NCBI GenBank assembly: GCA_043228905.1
Contig: JBHGNT010000022.1
Coordinates: 9,920,001-9,984,000, forward strand
Length of the DNA: 64,000 nucleotides
Direction of reading: 5' to 3'
DNA from: Azolla caroliniana
Lineage: Eukaryota > Plantae > Polypodiophyta
Shown: positions 51,853-64,000 of the stretch, piece by piece
Numbering within the stretch: position 1 is the stretch's first letter
Layout of the letters: each line of letters opens with the position of its first letter
Made by a program: the position numbers and the translations under genes
The notes under the pieces: generated by a model
What the model saw: only the letters and a program-made list of their open reading frames with translations
Told to the model about the DNA's origin: nothing
The model's database searches: none

Positions 51853-52149
51853 ATTGACTTAAATAAAATATCATTGGGCAGATTTGACTTAAATAAGAAG
51901 AAGACGAAGAAAAAAAAGAAAAAGAAAAAAAGAAGAAGAAGAAGAAGAACATAACGTGGGTTTGGGGTCATTGGGACATGTAGACCCCACACATTTTGTT
52001 TGCACATGTGCTTTTCTGTCCATCGAACCAAAATGTATGTCGCCGATATTTTTTTGCTTCTATTACCGAAACCTATCTTTGTCGACCACATAACAAATCT
52101 TGGTTTGCTAATGTGTGCTATATGTATACTCACATGTGGCACATACTTC

Positions 52150-54130
52150 CTCATGGGTGCTATATATACTCACATGTTACATCCATCACCACCCTAAAGT
52201 GGTAAAACGACAAAATATTCAGCATAGTTGTTATTGACCATGCAACAATCTTGGGAGACTTAAATTATGGGCCATACATATAATCATACTACCTTATGTG
52301 AACTGCTCTCCACACAAATGCACGCGTGCAAACACACAACACACGTGTTGCATCAGTGGTCATTCATAACCAAGACAAGCACACACCAATAAATCACCTT
52401 CTTTCTAAAGCTTGCTATATACACACACGTTACATCATTGGCCATCTTGGAGTAGCTAAACGGCACAATATTCAGCATAGCGCCCAATGTGTGTCATATA
52501 CACACATTATATCAATGACCGCACACAAACATAAAGAGGATACAATAAAGTGTTATATACACACATGTTACATTGGTGCCAAACGTGATGTAGCACAAGC
52601 GGAACAATTATTGCTAGCTTTGCTCCTAAAGAGTGTTATCTACACACATGTTGTATTGGGATCAATCTGTGCCAAGTTGTAGATAGTCCTAAAACTGAAT
52701 GGGACTCACCAAACAACCAAGTCCAAGTCCTAGCTAGCACACCCCCAAAGGTTAGTCCTAAAATACTCAGGCCCAACTGTTAGTCTCAATGTCTAGCCCC
52801 AACGGCCATATAAGACCCTATATAAAGGAATTGCATGGGAAAGAAGATTCATTTGCATATTTTACATGACAATGTTTGGTGCTCTATCTCCATTAGATCA
52901 AGTTGTTGTTTTCCCAATTCATCATGTGTTGTCCACACCCACCTTGTAGTTTTGTCCCAAATATTGGGACCACTTTATAACATTTTGAGTTGTATAATAT
53001 GAAAGAGAAATTTGTCCCTTGTTTTGTTTCAATCGCATGATCCTTGTTGGTATTAACTCTAACAATATTTTAAGCGCGTAACTTTAACTAGAAAAAAGAA
53101 CACAATGAGTAGCTTTAGTCAAGCTCCTAAAGTCTTGTATTCAATATAAAGTGTTCCACAGATGCACACGTGTTACATGAATGGGCACCCACAAAATGGA
53201 AAAGGTTGCAACAATAAATCAATATGTTTCCATAAGTGTGCTATATGCACAAATATTACATCCATCACCACCTTGTATTAGCAAAAGGACAAAATATTCA
53301 TAATGGCTCTTGTCAACTTCCTAACAATCTTGACGGAGTTCAATTATGAGCCACCACATATCATATCACCTGATATAAAGTGTTTGACACACACACGCAT
53401 GCACACGTGTTACTATGGCTACTCACAACAACAAAAGGTGACAATATTCAACATTGTTCTTAATGTGTGTCATATATACACGTTGTATCAATGGTTATCT
53501 ACAAACAAGAAAAGAACCTTGACGTATCAAGAACAAAACAACAACTAGCTTAGCTCCAAAAGGATGTGATCTAAACACATGTTGTGGGGCGCTCCATTTT
53601 GTCCAAACTTGCCAACAGCGACAAAACTTATTGGGACTCACAAGACAACCTAGTTGTTGTCCCAAAGGAGTATTCCAACAAATAGTTCCCAACAACTAGC
53701 CCCAACGTCCATGTAAGTCCCCAGAAACGGAGATGGCGTGAGAAGGAAGATTCATTTGCAAATTCAGAAGTTTTTGATGCTCGGTGCTCTCTCTCTCTCT
53801 CCCCCTCATATTTGATTGTTGTTGTCCCAAACCGTAATGACTTGTCTTATCTCACATTGTCATTTTGTCCCAAATATTGGAACTACATTATAATAGATTG
53901 AGTTGTATAATATAAAGGAGAATTTGTTCCATCACATAAGCATTGTTGGTATTAATTTAGACAATATTTTAAGCACATACTTAAATTAGAAAAAAGGACA
54001 TAATGATCGACTTTGGTCAAGCTCCAAAAGTGTTATATGCATGAATAATATCAGTGTTATATACACAAGTAGTATAAAGTGGCCAACCTAAATTAGAAAA
54101 ATGGACACAATGATCAACTTTGGTCTAGCA
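52150..54130. repeat. Diverged ~0.9-1.1 kb tandem duplication of non-coding sequence
   Basis: Anchors TTACATCCATCACCACC (52177/53256), GAAGATTCATTTGCA (52843/53747) and TTTTGTCCCAAATATTGG (52950/53863). Confidence 0.8.
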
Positions 54131-56090
54131 CCTAAAGTCTTGTTTACAACATTAATATAAAGTATTATATGCACCGATAATATATATGTCTTATATACAC
54201 AACTAATATAAAGTATTAAATATACATGAATTAGATAAGAGAGTGTTATGTACGACAATAATATAAGCCACTACCCCGTACTCTAACCCCATACACACAT
54301 ACACAAGCACATACACACACACACGCACACACACACAAAGAAATTGGTTAGCCATTTTAGCAAGTGAACTTAGCACTCATAAGCAAGGTTCCATTCACCT
54401 TCAGGTGCTCAAAATGTTATTATATTTCGGTAAACATTAATATTTGTCATTAGTGTAGACCCATAATATTAGTGGGTAATACGATGGATGCTTTATTAAG
54501 TGTATAAACACAACTTTATTTTTGTATGTGATTATTGTATTATGAATGAAGCATTGTGTTATGGAACATGATTAATAGTAGAATTAGGAAAGTGGTTTAA
54601 TTTAATCAGCATCTTTTGATGGGACTGGACCGGTCGGAATTGGAGTTGGGTTGAAGTTTGGGAGGAATTAGAGCAAGAATAGGATTTGGAATTGGAGCAA
54701 TAGTTGGAGGTGCATATACATATGACAAAGCTCATCAACATAGGTAGTTGATGGCCATGAATTACTATGATTGTTACCAAGAAAAACATATATCACACAA
54801 TATATCATTTATATTTCAAGAGCTCCATGCATCACAAATTAAAGTTAGATTACAATATATTAAACCTAATAATATGAATATCCTAATGTTTAAACTTAAG
54901 TGCTTCTCTTTAGATAATTATGGGTTTGAGTCAACCTAAAGCTTCACATTTTAAAGTAGTTTTAATTCATGTTTTCTTTTTGTACTCGAAAGGTAGCTCG
55001 CCTACTATGGATGAGCAAAAACTAAAACCTATGAAATTTTCACAACCATGTACCCCCCACTAAATCTAATGATAAGTTTAGTTTACAAAATCCAAATAAC
55101 TACCAGCACTGACCATCTACTGTAATTCACAGAGCGCAATACACCTCATCAATAATCATGTCTATCATGTGAAGACAAAGCATATTGAGGTATGGTATCA
55201 TCATATCCGGGATCTAGTAACAGAGAAGAAGCTTGAAGTCTGGAAGATCAACACCGAGGTGAACATCGCCAATTGTTTGACGAAGCCACTCCTAGATCAA
55301 CGCTTCGAAGCATTGAGGACAAAGATGGGACTACGACAAGAGACTGAGTAGAAGAAAGCCAAACATAGAGTAGAAGGTGAGTTGAAAATGGACTCGATTA
55401 GATGAGTGGAAGAAGCAAAGTTGCAAAGCCGGAATACCGAGAGAACGAAGATGTTGCACTGAGCAAGGACACCAACTAGAGAAGAGACGATCGAAGGATG
55501 AACAAGTTGGAAGAGAGACCGAGGATCCAGCGGAGAGCATAGAAGCAAGGACGAGTGGAGAACAAACGATTCGGTAGAGGCCAAGAGTCGGAATCAGATA
55601 CGTGCTAACCCGAATGAACGAGCCGACTCAGGTGGAAAGTCGACTTGTATAGTCGATCCGACTGATTTCGACAAGCCGACCCCGATTCGGACAATCAACC
55701 CAATTAGGCTGAAAACTGACTTTACATCTCCAACATTAGTTACATGCTGACAACCTAGCTTGTATATATGTACCTATAGGTTAAACTTGTAATCTAGGTT
55801 TACGGGGGGAGAACCCCAATCATTTGTAGACATAAGAAAGAGTAATCCTTTTACGGGGGAGTTTGTTGGCATAAAAGACCGACTCCTTCCACTTTGTATT
55901 CATACAATCGTGAACACGTCCAAATCGTTAGGGCTTGAGTATATAAACTCTAACCTAACTTAGGTTGGATCGAGTGAAGAAACTGGGAACTGGATCAGAG
56001 GGAAACCAATTGGTTATGCCCGGATTGGTTGAAGAATTCGGGTGCCGGATCGGATGGAGACTATGATGATATAGCATTGTATGGCATTAA

Positions 56091-56146
56091 AATGATTTGA
56101 ACCCATGACCTTGTGTCACATGGGTTGAAGCCCTACCATTAAGCTA
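56091..56146 (-). other. tRNA-like Pol III A-box/B-box module in the LTR U3 (clearest copy)
   Basis: Minus strand reads TAGCTTAATGGTAGGGC-N18-AGGTC-ATGGGTTCAAATC, which has tRNA D-arm, variable-loop and T-loop motifs at canonical spacing. No clear acceptor stem. Confidence 0.7.
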
Positions 56147-56364
56147 TACATACAAGAATATTGTTTTCATTTATTATTTCACTATAGAAAATTGATGTAT
56201 ATTCTAGATTTCTCTGGAACATTCTAGAAACTTCAGGACTACTCCTGACAGCACTATAAAAAGAGGCACAAGGCATTATTTCGAACCAATTAGGTTCAAC
56301 GCCAGACTTAAGCCTCCTAGCTATTGTTGTACTTACTCTTCATATAATATATCACCTGTTATCA

Positions 56365-56402
<38 letters not shown>

Positions 56403-57092
56403 GTGAGTCTTACACACTCCCTTCCTCTTAGTACTAATCCTCATAGTACTTTCCTTCTCTAGTACTAATTCTCTCTCTATTTTTAGTACTATTCCTGAAA
56501 GTTTGAACCGAATTGGTCATCGTCTTAGCCCTCCTTCCCTTCATACTAATCCTCTTATCTTCCCTAGTAAATGACAACTATTAGCGCTCAAGAATACCAA
56601 TATGTTTTCTCGGAGCTCCAATGCTTAAAAGAGAAGTTTGTAGCACTAGAATAAGAAAATCACCGTCTGTTGGGGGATCTTCAACAAATAGCTCTAGAAA
56701 AACAACAACATGAGGAGCTAACATTACATGTGCAACAACTTGAAGTGACTATTGCATCATTACAACAACAAGGATCAAGCGCTCAAGGGACTCACAAAGA
56801 ACCCAAGATCGGTCTTCCTATGAAATTTGATGGAACCCGATCACAGTTTAGGAGTTTTCTTAATCAAGTACGTTTAGTGATTCAGATGCATCCTTCTCAA
56901 TATCCCACCGATGCATCACGAGTGGGACTAGTAGGCACGACTTTGGCATGGTTCACCCCCATATTAGAAAAAAGCTCTCCCTTGTTAAATAATTTTGAAG
57001 AGTTTATTAGTGAGTTTAAAGCCTATTTTGGAGTTACCGACAGCGTTAGGATGGCAATCAACAAAATCCGAAGATTGCGCCAAGGTGATTAG

Positions 57093-57572
57093 TAACAATC
57101 GGCAATGCTTTGGTATGAACAGAACCAAACAACGGAACCATGGCTTAACGGCGTAACGGTTTAAACGGTTCTGTTCAGGTTTGGTTTTTTTTTAACGGTT
57201 TGGTTCGGTTTCAATAGTTAAAAACTGTGGTTTAAACGGTTTCACAGTTTTTAATTTTTTTTTAAATGAAAAAAAATAAATTTTTAATGAGAAAAAAAAT
57301 GAAAACAATTGTTTTTAAATAATCTTTTCATTTTCATGCCTTATTCTCACATTTTGGGAAAAGTTTTGAAATTTTAACCTAAGCTGAAAACCGAAACCTA
57401 ACCACGAGACCGTTTACCAGTTTAATGGCTTAACGTTGAAATTTTTTCAATGGTTTGGTTTAACGGTTTCGTGGTTCGGTTCAAGTTTCAACGTCTCTAA
57501 ACGGTTCGGTTTCAAACTGGTTTAGTTTGGACCCTGTCAAACTGAACCGAACTGAACCATTGCTAATTGTTA
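57093..57572. mobile_element. hAT-type MITE inserted in T2 gag
   Basis: TIRs TAACAATCGGCAATG / CATTGCTAATTGTTA, 8-bp TSD GTGATTAG/GTGATTGG, many AACCG/CGGTT subterminal motifs and an AT-rich core. Confidence 0.85.
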
Positions 57573-59622
57573 GTGATTGGCAGGCCTCAACTTATGCTGT
57601 GGATTTCCGTCTTCTCGCCATCGATATTCCCTAGGATGACCAGGCATTAATGGAGCAATTTCATTATGGCCTACGTAATGATGTCAAGGATTTACTCTTA
57701 ACTTGCCCCGAAGAGCCAAAGTCATTGAAAGAAGCAATCAGTCGCGCAGTACGATGCGATAATCGCCTTTTCGAACGACGTTTGGAATATCAGTTCCAAA
57801 TGCCAAGGACAATATTAGAGCCCACCTACGCCTCAATCGTAGCAAAAACTTTTCCAAGGGAGTCATAGAATGTGTCTCCAGCAAATACTTCAACTCCAAT
57901 GGAAATCGACACTACACGTCGTCGCGGACCATTATCGGAAGAGGAAAAGCAGCGATGTCGAACAAATTGACTATGTCTTTATTGTGGTGAACCAGGGCAT
58001 ATTGTAGTGAACTGTCCCCATAGGCCAAGAAGACAGGTAAACCAAATAGTCACTAGTACTAATCCCGAGTCTATTTCAGTAGGAATATCTAATAGTCATA
58101 ATAGTACTAATAGCCCAAGTCTATCGAATAAATTTGATGTCCTTAGTCAGTTAGAAGAAGAGTTAAACTACTAACTTGTCCAACCAAAATAGGAGTCGTT
58201 TGGTTGGACATCCCTAGATTTGTGCAACCCATTAGTGGTTCCATTTCCTCTAAGCAAGTTAGCAATATGTTCTTAGCTCAAGTAACAGTTAGTACTAAAC
58301 GTACCCCTCTAGTACATATCTTAGCACTTTTATTCCGGAGCTATTTCTTGCTTCATGGATAGGAATTTTGCACAAGCTCATCAAATATCCCTAAGAAAAC
58401 TTCCCTGCCCAACATCTATAGTAGTTATTGATGGTCGTCCCATTGCTTCTAGAAATATCATAGAAGAGTCAGAGCCAATTAGTATTGTCCTAGATAAATT
58501 GGCGTGTGTAGTATCGTTTAATGTAATTAGTAGTCCAGAACATCCCATTGTTTTGGGGTTACCAAAGTTCGAATTACATAATCCGGACATAGATTCGAGA
58601 ACAAGAGAAATCAGGTATGGACAACCCCAAGAATCTACTCATTAGGTTTCAACCATTTTGCTAAATCAACTGTGTGAGAAAGGACGCACAGAATCAATGT
58701 TTGTATTTGCAGTATCAGTGAAACCTTCCAACACCACTAAGGAGGAGTCACCAATTCAACTTCCAAAAAAGTATCATCATTAAAAAGAGGCACAAGGCAT
58801 AATATATCACCTATTATCATCATTCTGTCTCTCTCTCTCTCTCTCGTGAGTCTTACATACTCCCTTCCTCTTAGTACTAATCCTCATAGTACTTTCCTTC
58901 TCTAGTACTAACTCTCTCTCTATTTTCAACACAATTCCTGACAGAGACCGATCGGCTATGCCGAGTTGGATGGAATCTGATAGGCTGCCAGGGGCCTATA
59001 TTTCTATTTTGGTAAATAAGACTATTATAGGTCGTTAGTGTCATGCTCAATTAATGAGCATTAAAGTCTGATAGTAGTTTTGTTAGCCTAGTTGTTACGG
59101 CTTGTATAAAAAGTGCTCTGTGAGCACATTTTATGTATTAAGTACCGAGTCTTTTGATAATAGAATTTTTGTCTATCTGCTCACTCACTCACTCCGTCTC
59201 TCTCTCTCTCTCACACACACAATGTAAACCTCCATTCTCTGCGTATATCTAACTGTTGCTTTTTAGATAACCGACTATACTCGGTGTGTCATATACGCTT
59301 CCGCACTTATCTTTTTACATGGTATTATAGCAATAAAGTCAACATGACTCAAGCAAAGCACAAGGTTAAGGGATACAACAATGTCTATAAATTCCCTCTA
59401 GAGGTACATAAATACATATTGCGGGAGGTCTCTCTTTTCAATGCTTAGAAGTTTGCAACTTTTACAAATGAGTTTGTAGAAACATACATTGTCTTATCTT
59501 CATATATAGCTTTGGTAATATTGAATGCAAATTATGTTTGAGTGCAAAGTGTCTTTGGTAATATTCATTGCAAACATAATACAACTTATGAACACATTAT
59601 GTAAACTCACATTGTGTACATA

Positions 59623-62486
59623 TTCCTATCCTCCCTCGACACACTCTAAGTCGGTCCATCGGTAGATTCTTTGTTAGCATGTCGGATCCATTGTCGTCAC
59701 TATGGATCTTCACGAGGGTAAACTCTCCTTCTTTGACTTTCTCCCATAGCCAATGATACCTTCTCTGTATATGCTTGGTCTGGGAGTGGTATGCAACATT
59801 CTTGGGTAGATGTATGGCACTCTGGCTGTCATAGTAAAGCAAGAAATCCTTTTGCTTCATCCCCAACTCACCGAGAAAGTTTCTCATCCAAATCAGCTCC
59901 TTGCCAGCCTCTACCGCTACTATGTACTCTACCTCTGTGGTCGACAAGGCCACAGATTTCTGCAGTCGTGACTGCCACGACATTGCTTCCCTTGCCTAGG
60001 TCATCACGTACCCTGACGTGGATCGGTTTGAGTCTACATCCACTGACATGTCCGAGTCGGTAAACCCTTTGAGCATGGGTCTACAAGGTGAAGACTGGAG
60101 AAGTCAACAACACGGTTAGGTATAAAGCCCGCATTGTAGTGAAGGGTTTCCAACAAGAAAAGGGTGTTGACTTTGACGAAATATTCGCTCCAGTCGTGAA
60201 GATGACATCCATTAGAATTGTTCCAAGCATAGCTGCCAATATGGATCTGGAGATTGATTAGTTGGATGTCAAGACAATATTCTTGCATATGGAGTTGGAT
60301 GAAGAAATCTACATGCAACAGCCCGAAGGCTTTGTGGAGAAAGGGAAAGTGAATCAACTGCGTCGACTAAAGAAAAGCTTGTATGTTCTAAAACAAGCTC
60401 CACACTAGTGGTACAAGAAGTTCGAATCCTTCATGGTGGAACATGGGTTCTAGAAAACACAGGTGGATCACTATGTGTTCGTCAAAAGGTACGAAGAAGG
60501 TGATTTCTTGATTCTCTTATTATATGTAGACAACATGTTGATATTCTGTCAAGACACAAGGAAGATCGCAAGCTTGAAGAAGGCTCTAGGCAATCGTTTG
60601 CCATGAAAGATCTTGGACCGACTAAATAGCTCTTGGGGATGCACATAGTTCGGGACAGAGCTAAGAAAGTGTTGTGGTTGTCACAACAGAAGCATGTGAC
60701 AAAGATCCTAGAAAGGCTCAACATGTGAGAGGCAAAGCTAGTCGGCACGGTGTTGCCGAGTGTCAAGACTGAGAGAGAAAAAGAGAGAGAAAGAGAGATA
60801 ATTGAAAGAGAATTATTATATTGAAGAGTAAAATGGATTACAAAGAGTAGGCTACAAAATGGCGTTGAACCAATTTAGGTTTGGGATGGGTGGTAGATCC
60901 CTATTTATAACTAATAGAGAACACTCTAGAATATTCTAGGTTATCCTAGAATGTAGAGTAATGTAGAAGATCTCTAGAGTATTCTAGAAGGTTCTAGTGG
61001 TATAGAACACTCTAGAATATTCTAGGTCTTTCTAGAATGTAGAGTAATATTCTAAAGACTATACATATAAGAATATTAATACAATGGTTAAGGATTTGAC
61101 ATGTGTACAACAAGGTCGTGGGTTCAAATCCTTTGGAGTCATAATGTGAGTGTCATGATCCTTCTGATGCATGATGTGAGTGTTATTATGACATCGAGAA
61201 ACTGCAAGTTGAATGCCAAGCAATGCCCGAGAAGGGAGAAAGAAAAGGATGAGATGAAGAAAGTATCATATGCCTCAGTCGTCGGCAACTTAATGTATGC
61301 TATGGTCTGTACGAGACTAGACATAACATTTGTTGTGGGAACAATAAGCCGATATATGAGTAATCTAGGACGAGAAGACTGGGCAACAGTGAAATGGATA
61401 CTCAGGTACTTAAAAGGCTCTTCGAGTGTGTGTCATAAAACCCATGCTTGAAGGGTTTATCGACTCGGACATGTCGGGGGATGTAGACTCAAGCCAATCC
61501 ACATCAGGGTACGTAATGACCTATGCACGGGGAGCAGTGTCATGGCAGTCACGACTACAGAAGTCTGTGGCCTTGTCGACCACAGAGGCAGAGTACATGG
61601 TAGTAGTAGAGGCCGACAAGGAATTGATTTCGATTAGAAACTTTCTCAGCGAGTTGGGGATCAATGAAAGGGATTTCTTACTTCATTGTGACAGCCAAAA
61701 TGCCATACATCTAGCCAAGAATGTTACATACCACTCTCAGACCAAGCACATACAGAGAAGGTATCATTGGTTGCGGGAGAAAATTGAAGAAGGAGAGTTT
61801 ACCCTCGTGAAGATCCATACTGATGACAATGGATCCTACATGCTGACAAAGAACCTACTAATGGACCAACTCAGATTCTCTCGACAGAGGAAAGGAATAA
61901 TGGACTCTTCCCCACAGAGGCCCACTGGTCGGATGAGAGACGACAGTTGAGGAGACCACTCTGAGAGCGTTGATCGAGGTCGAAGACATGACCGGCTAGT
62001 TGGGCCGACCGGATGGTCGATGACCAGACCGACTAGTCAGACCGACCAGACAATCCACGGGATGAGTCGGTTGATTAGTAAGACTATTATTAATATTAGA
62101 TAATAATAGGAATGACAATAGAAGTGGCTACATTTGTAAATATCCCATACAGGGTATAAGTATAAAATACACTTAGGGCAAACACTTTGATAAGTAGGGA
62201 AAATAGTGAAGAGTGTGAATGTGAGAAGTGAGAGCAAGCGGAACCATAGTTGTGTTCAATAACAACATATGCCAAGAGCCCTACGAGGTTGTTTTACACT
62301 TTGTGTAAAAAGTGTTGTACTCTAATCTCGTCATTGTAAATCCACTGTATAGTGAAGCTCCATTCTTTGTGGTTTTCTCCCGTTTTAGGGTTTCCACGTT
62401 AAATTTGTCTACATTTTTTTCTATGTATCAGAGTTGTTTATTTCAGCGTATTCTCTTTCTTGTGGATTGATGATTCATTTCTCAAC
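59623..62486 (+). mobile_element. C4-family copia remnant: RT-RNase H plus LTR on plus (60075-62486), with an inverted RNase H fragment (59623-60080)
   Basis: SWQSRLQKSVALSTTE appears on both strands. The LTR ends ...CATTTCTCAACA, the reverse complement of the C4 LTR terminus. Confidence 0.85.
60761..61193 (-). mobile_element. Solo chromovirus-type LTR (another subfamily)
   Basis: TGTCAAG...ATGACA with TSD CCGAG/TCGAG. Shares GGCGTTGAACCAATTT, the TCTAGAA repeats and the tRNA-like end with the T1 LTRs. Confidence 0.85.
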
Positions 62487-63011
62487 AGTTAGTACCCTAA
62501 AGGTTGTGGAAAATGTCCCCATAGTAGGTTTAGGTGTAGAAGGCATAAGAGTGGGTGGTTGGTTTGGGACTTGGTAAAGTTTCTTTATCGAGGAAAGAAT
62601 TTTAGGAACCCATAAATTAAATGATTTTTTATATGTATAGGTTGTGGAAATAAAGATATTCAAATGGAAAACCCAACAAAAGTTTGAATCTTTGTAATTA
62701 TTGATAAAAAAACACGGTCACTGAAGGACTCCACTAATTGACTCCACTCTCTTATGGTTTATGGGTGTATAAGAATAGAACATATGACAAATTTGTACAG
62801 ACTTAATGTATTGATTCCATTCAATTCAAACGAAATGTTAATGAGGCAACAAGTAGTTGCCAATGTTGTTCATGCCTTTTGCATAAGGCATGTTATTTAG
62901 GTGTCTCTTTGATGAGACGCCATATCCATTAAATATTTATAAATGTTTATTTGTTTTATTGTTTTATTGTTTTATTTAAATATTCCGACTCCTAGAAAAC
63001 ATTTCTCGGTC

Positions 63012-63833
63012 TTAATTGGCCCCAATACAATGAGCACAATTCTCCTTGCCAATCGCATTAGCAACACACGGAGCAACAACTTTGGTGCCTGCGAAACAAG
63101 CTAACCTATTCTGAACCAAGTCTTCAATGAACTCATCCAGCTTCTCTATTGTGTCACTAGGCATCACAACTGCGTGCGCGACGTTCCCCTGGCAAGGGAG
63201 GTGCCATTTGCGAACGAAAGAGTCATTGGGAGGTCTTTCGAATACCACAGTAGTGCTAGGCTTGTTAAGCATAACACCGAATCCTGCCTCTCGCAACCGA
63301 TCCTTGAGATAGCGAGCATTGCGAAGGCAACGCCGAACGTCTTTTTGGAACCCTCCATAGCCCCTCCGATTCAATGTGTACCACATGAATATGGGCATGT
63401 GGATATTCATGTTGCCCACTAGAGTTGCATCTGATGTCCATGCGCAATATTGGTCCGCATTCCTCGATAGCACATTTACGAATTTCTTTCTTGCGATTTG
63501 AACACCACATGGTATAGGGCACCCAAGAAATTTATGTCCAGAGACACTCATACTGCTGATAGGCTTCTTGAAGGTCACCTTTGGAGCCTAATTACAAATA
63601 TCATAAACAAAAGAACAATGTTAGTGACATTGAATGAGATCAGTGTTAACAATAGACCTGACCTAAACCCTAGCATAGAAGCAAGGATTTGACTACCTTG
63701 TCCACAAAAGGCATCATAAAACCGAAGAGGGCTCCGTCACAATGAATATAGAATCGATCCTCGGTGAAACCCGTCTCCGACAATGTCTTGATCACTAGGT
63801 CTAAATCATCCACGGCTCCTTTCACAGTTGTGC
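63012..63833 (-). CDS. SDC: Group II PLP-dependent serine/histidine decarboxylase-like gene, last two exons (63697-63833, 63012-63587); 5' part lies outside the window
   Basis: [23 protein letters not shown] and [43 protein letters not shown] intron at 63588-63696, acceptor at 63834-63835. No stops in the visible exons. Confidence 0.9.
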
Positions 63834-64000
63834 CTGCATTTTAAATCAATTGTACAATCAAAGATCTCCTTCCTCCAACAAAAAAATCTGACACATGCAT
63901 TCTTCATTTGTGGCATAATAGGCATCTATCTATCTATCTATATATATATACCAAAAAAGTATGTACATATGGTAGGTACATGACAAGAGCACAAAGATCA

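Larger units (their letters stand above)
56062..58943 (+). mobile_element. Internally deleted chromovirus T2 (T1 family): 5' LTR, gag, PR, partial 3' LTR
   Basis: TSD GAGAC. LTR 56062-56500 is repeated in part at ~58782-58943. Gag PMKFDGTRSQFRSFLNQV; PR region VIDGRPIAS. Confidence 0.9.
55095..59319 (+). mobile_element. Copia 3' remnant (RNase H end, spacer, PPT) and LTR 55864-59319, interrupted by chromovirus T2
   Basis: KTKHIEVWYHHIRDLV..IANCLTKPL. ACGGGGGAG precedes TGTTGGC. The LTR end GCTTCCGCAC..TTTTACA resembles the C2 LTR end. Confidence 0.75.

Noticed and set aside
54268-54292. CACTAC as a possible CACTA terminus
   Set aside because: No matching opposite terminus or 3-bp TSD found.

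Overview
Eukaryotic, almost certainly non-seed land-plant DNA (inferred from the Tcn1-like chromoviruses and an intron-containing serine-decarboxylase-like gene). Most of the window is nested, decayed transposons: Ty3/gypsy elements with a tRNA-Trp PBS and 4-bp TSDs, self-priming Tcn1/Tf1-like chromoviruses, several Ty1/copia elements, LINE fragments and a hAT-type MITE. The only host-gene material is two duplicated copies of a divergent PLP-dependent serine decarboxylase-like gene. One is a clear pseudogene (44.5-47.2 kb); the other is open where visible (63.0-63.8 kb) and runs off the window. Main observations: (1) seven chromovirus-type LTRs from several subfamilies carry an outward-facing tRNA-like A-box/B-box module, although the elements appear to self-prime; (2) a three-LTR chimeric element contains about 1 kb copied from a locus about 17 kb away; (3) two independent insertions duplicate the same 4-bp ACGT site; (4) the decarboxylase has a remodelled active-site loop; (5) a 1.8-kb insertion with a 17-bp TSD holds an array of splice-signal-like repeats. 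All coordinates were read by eye and lineage names come from motif recognition, not database searches.
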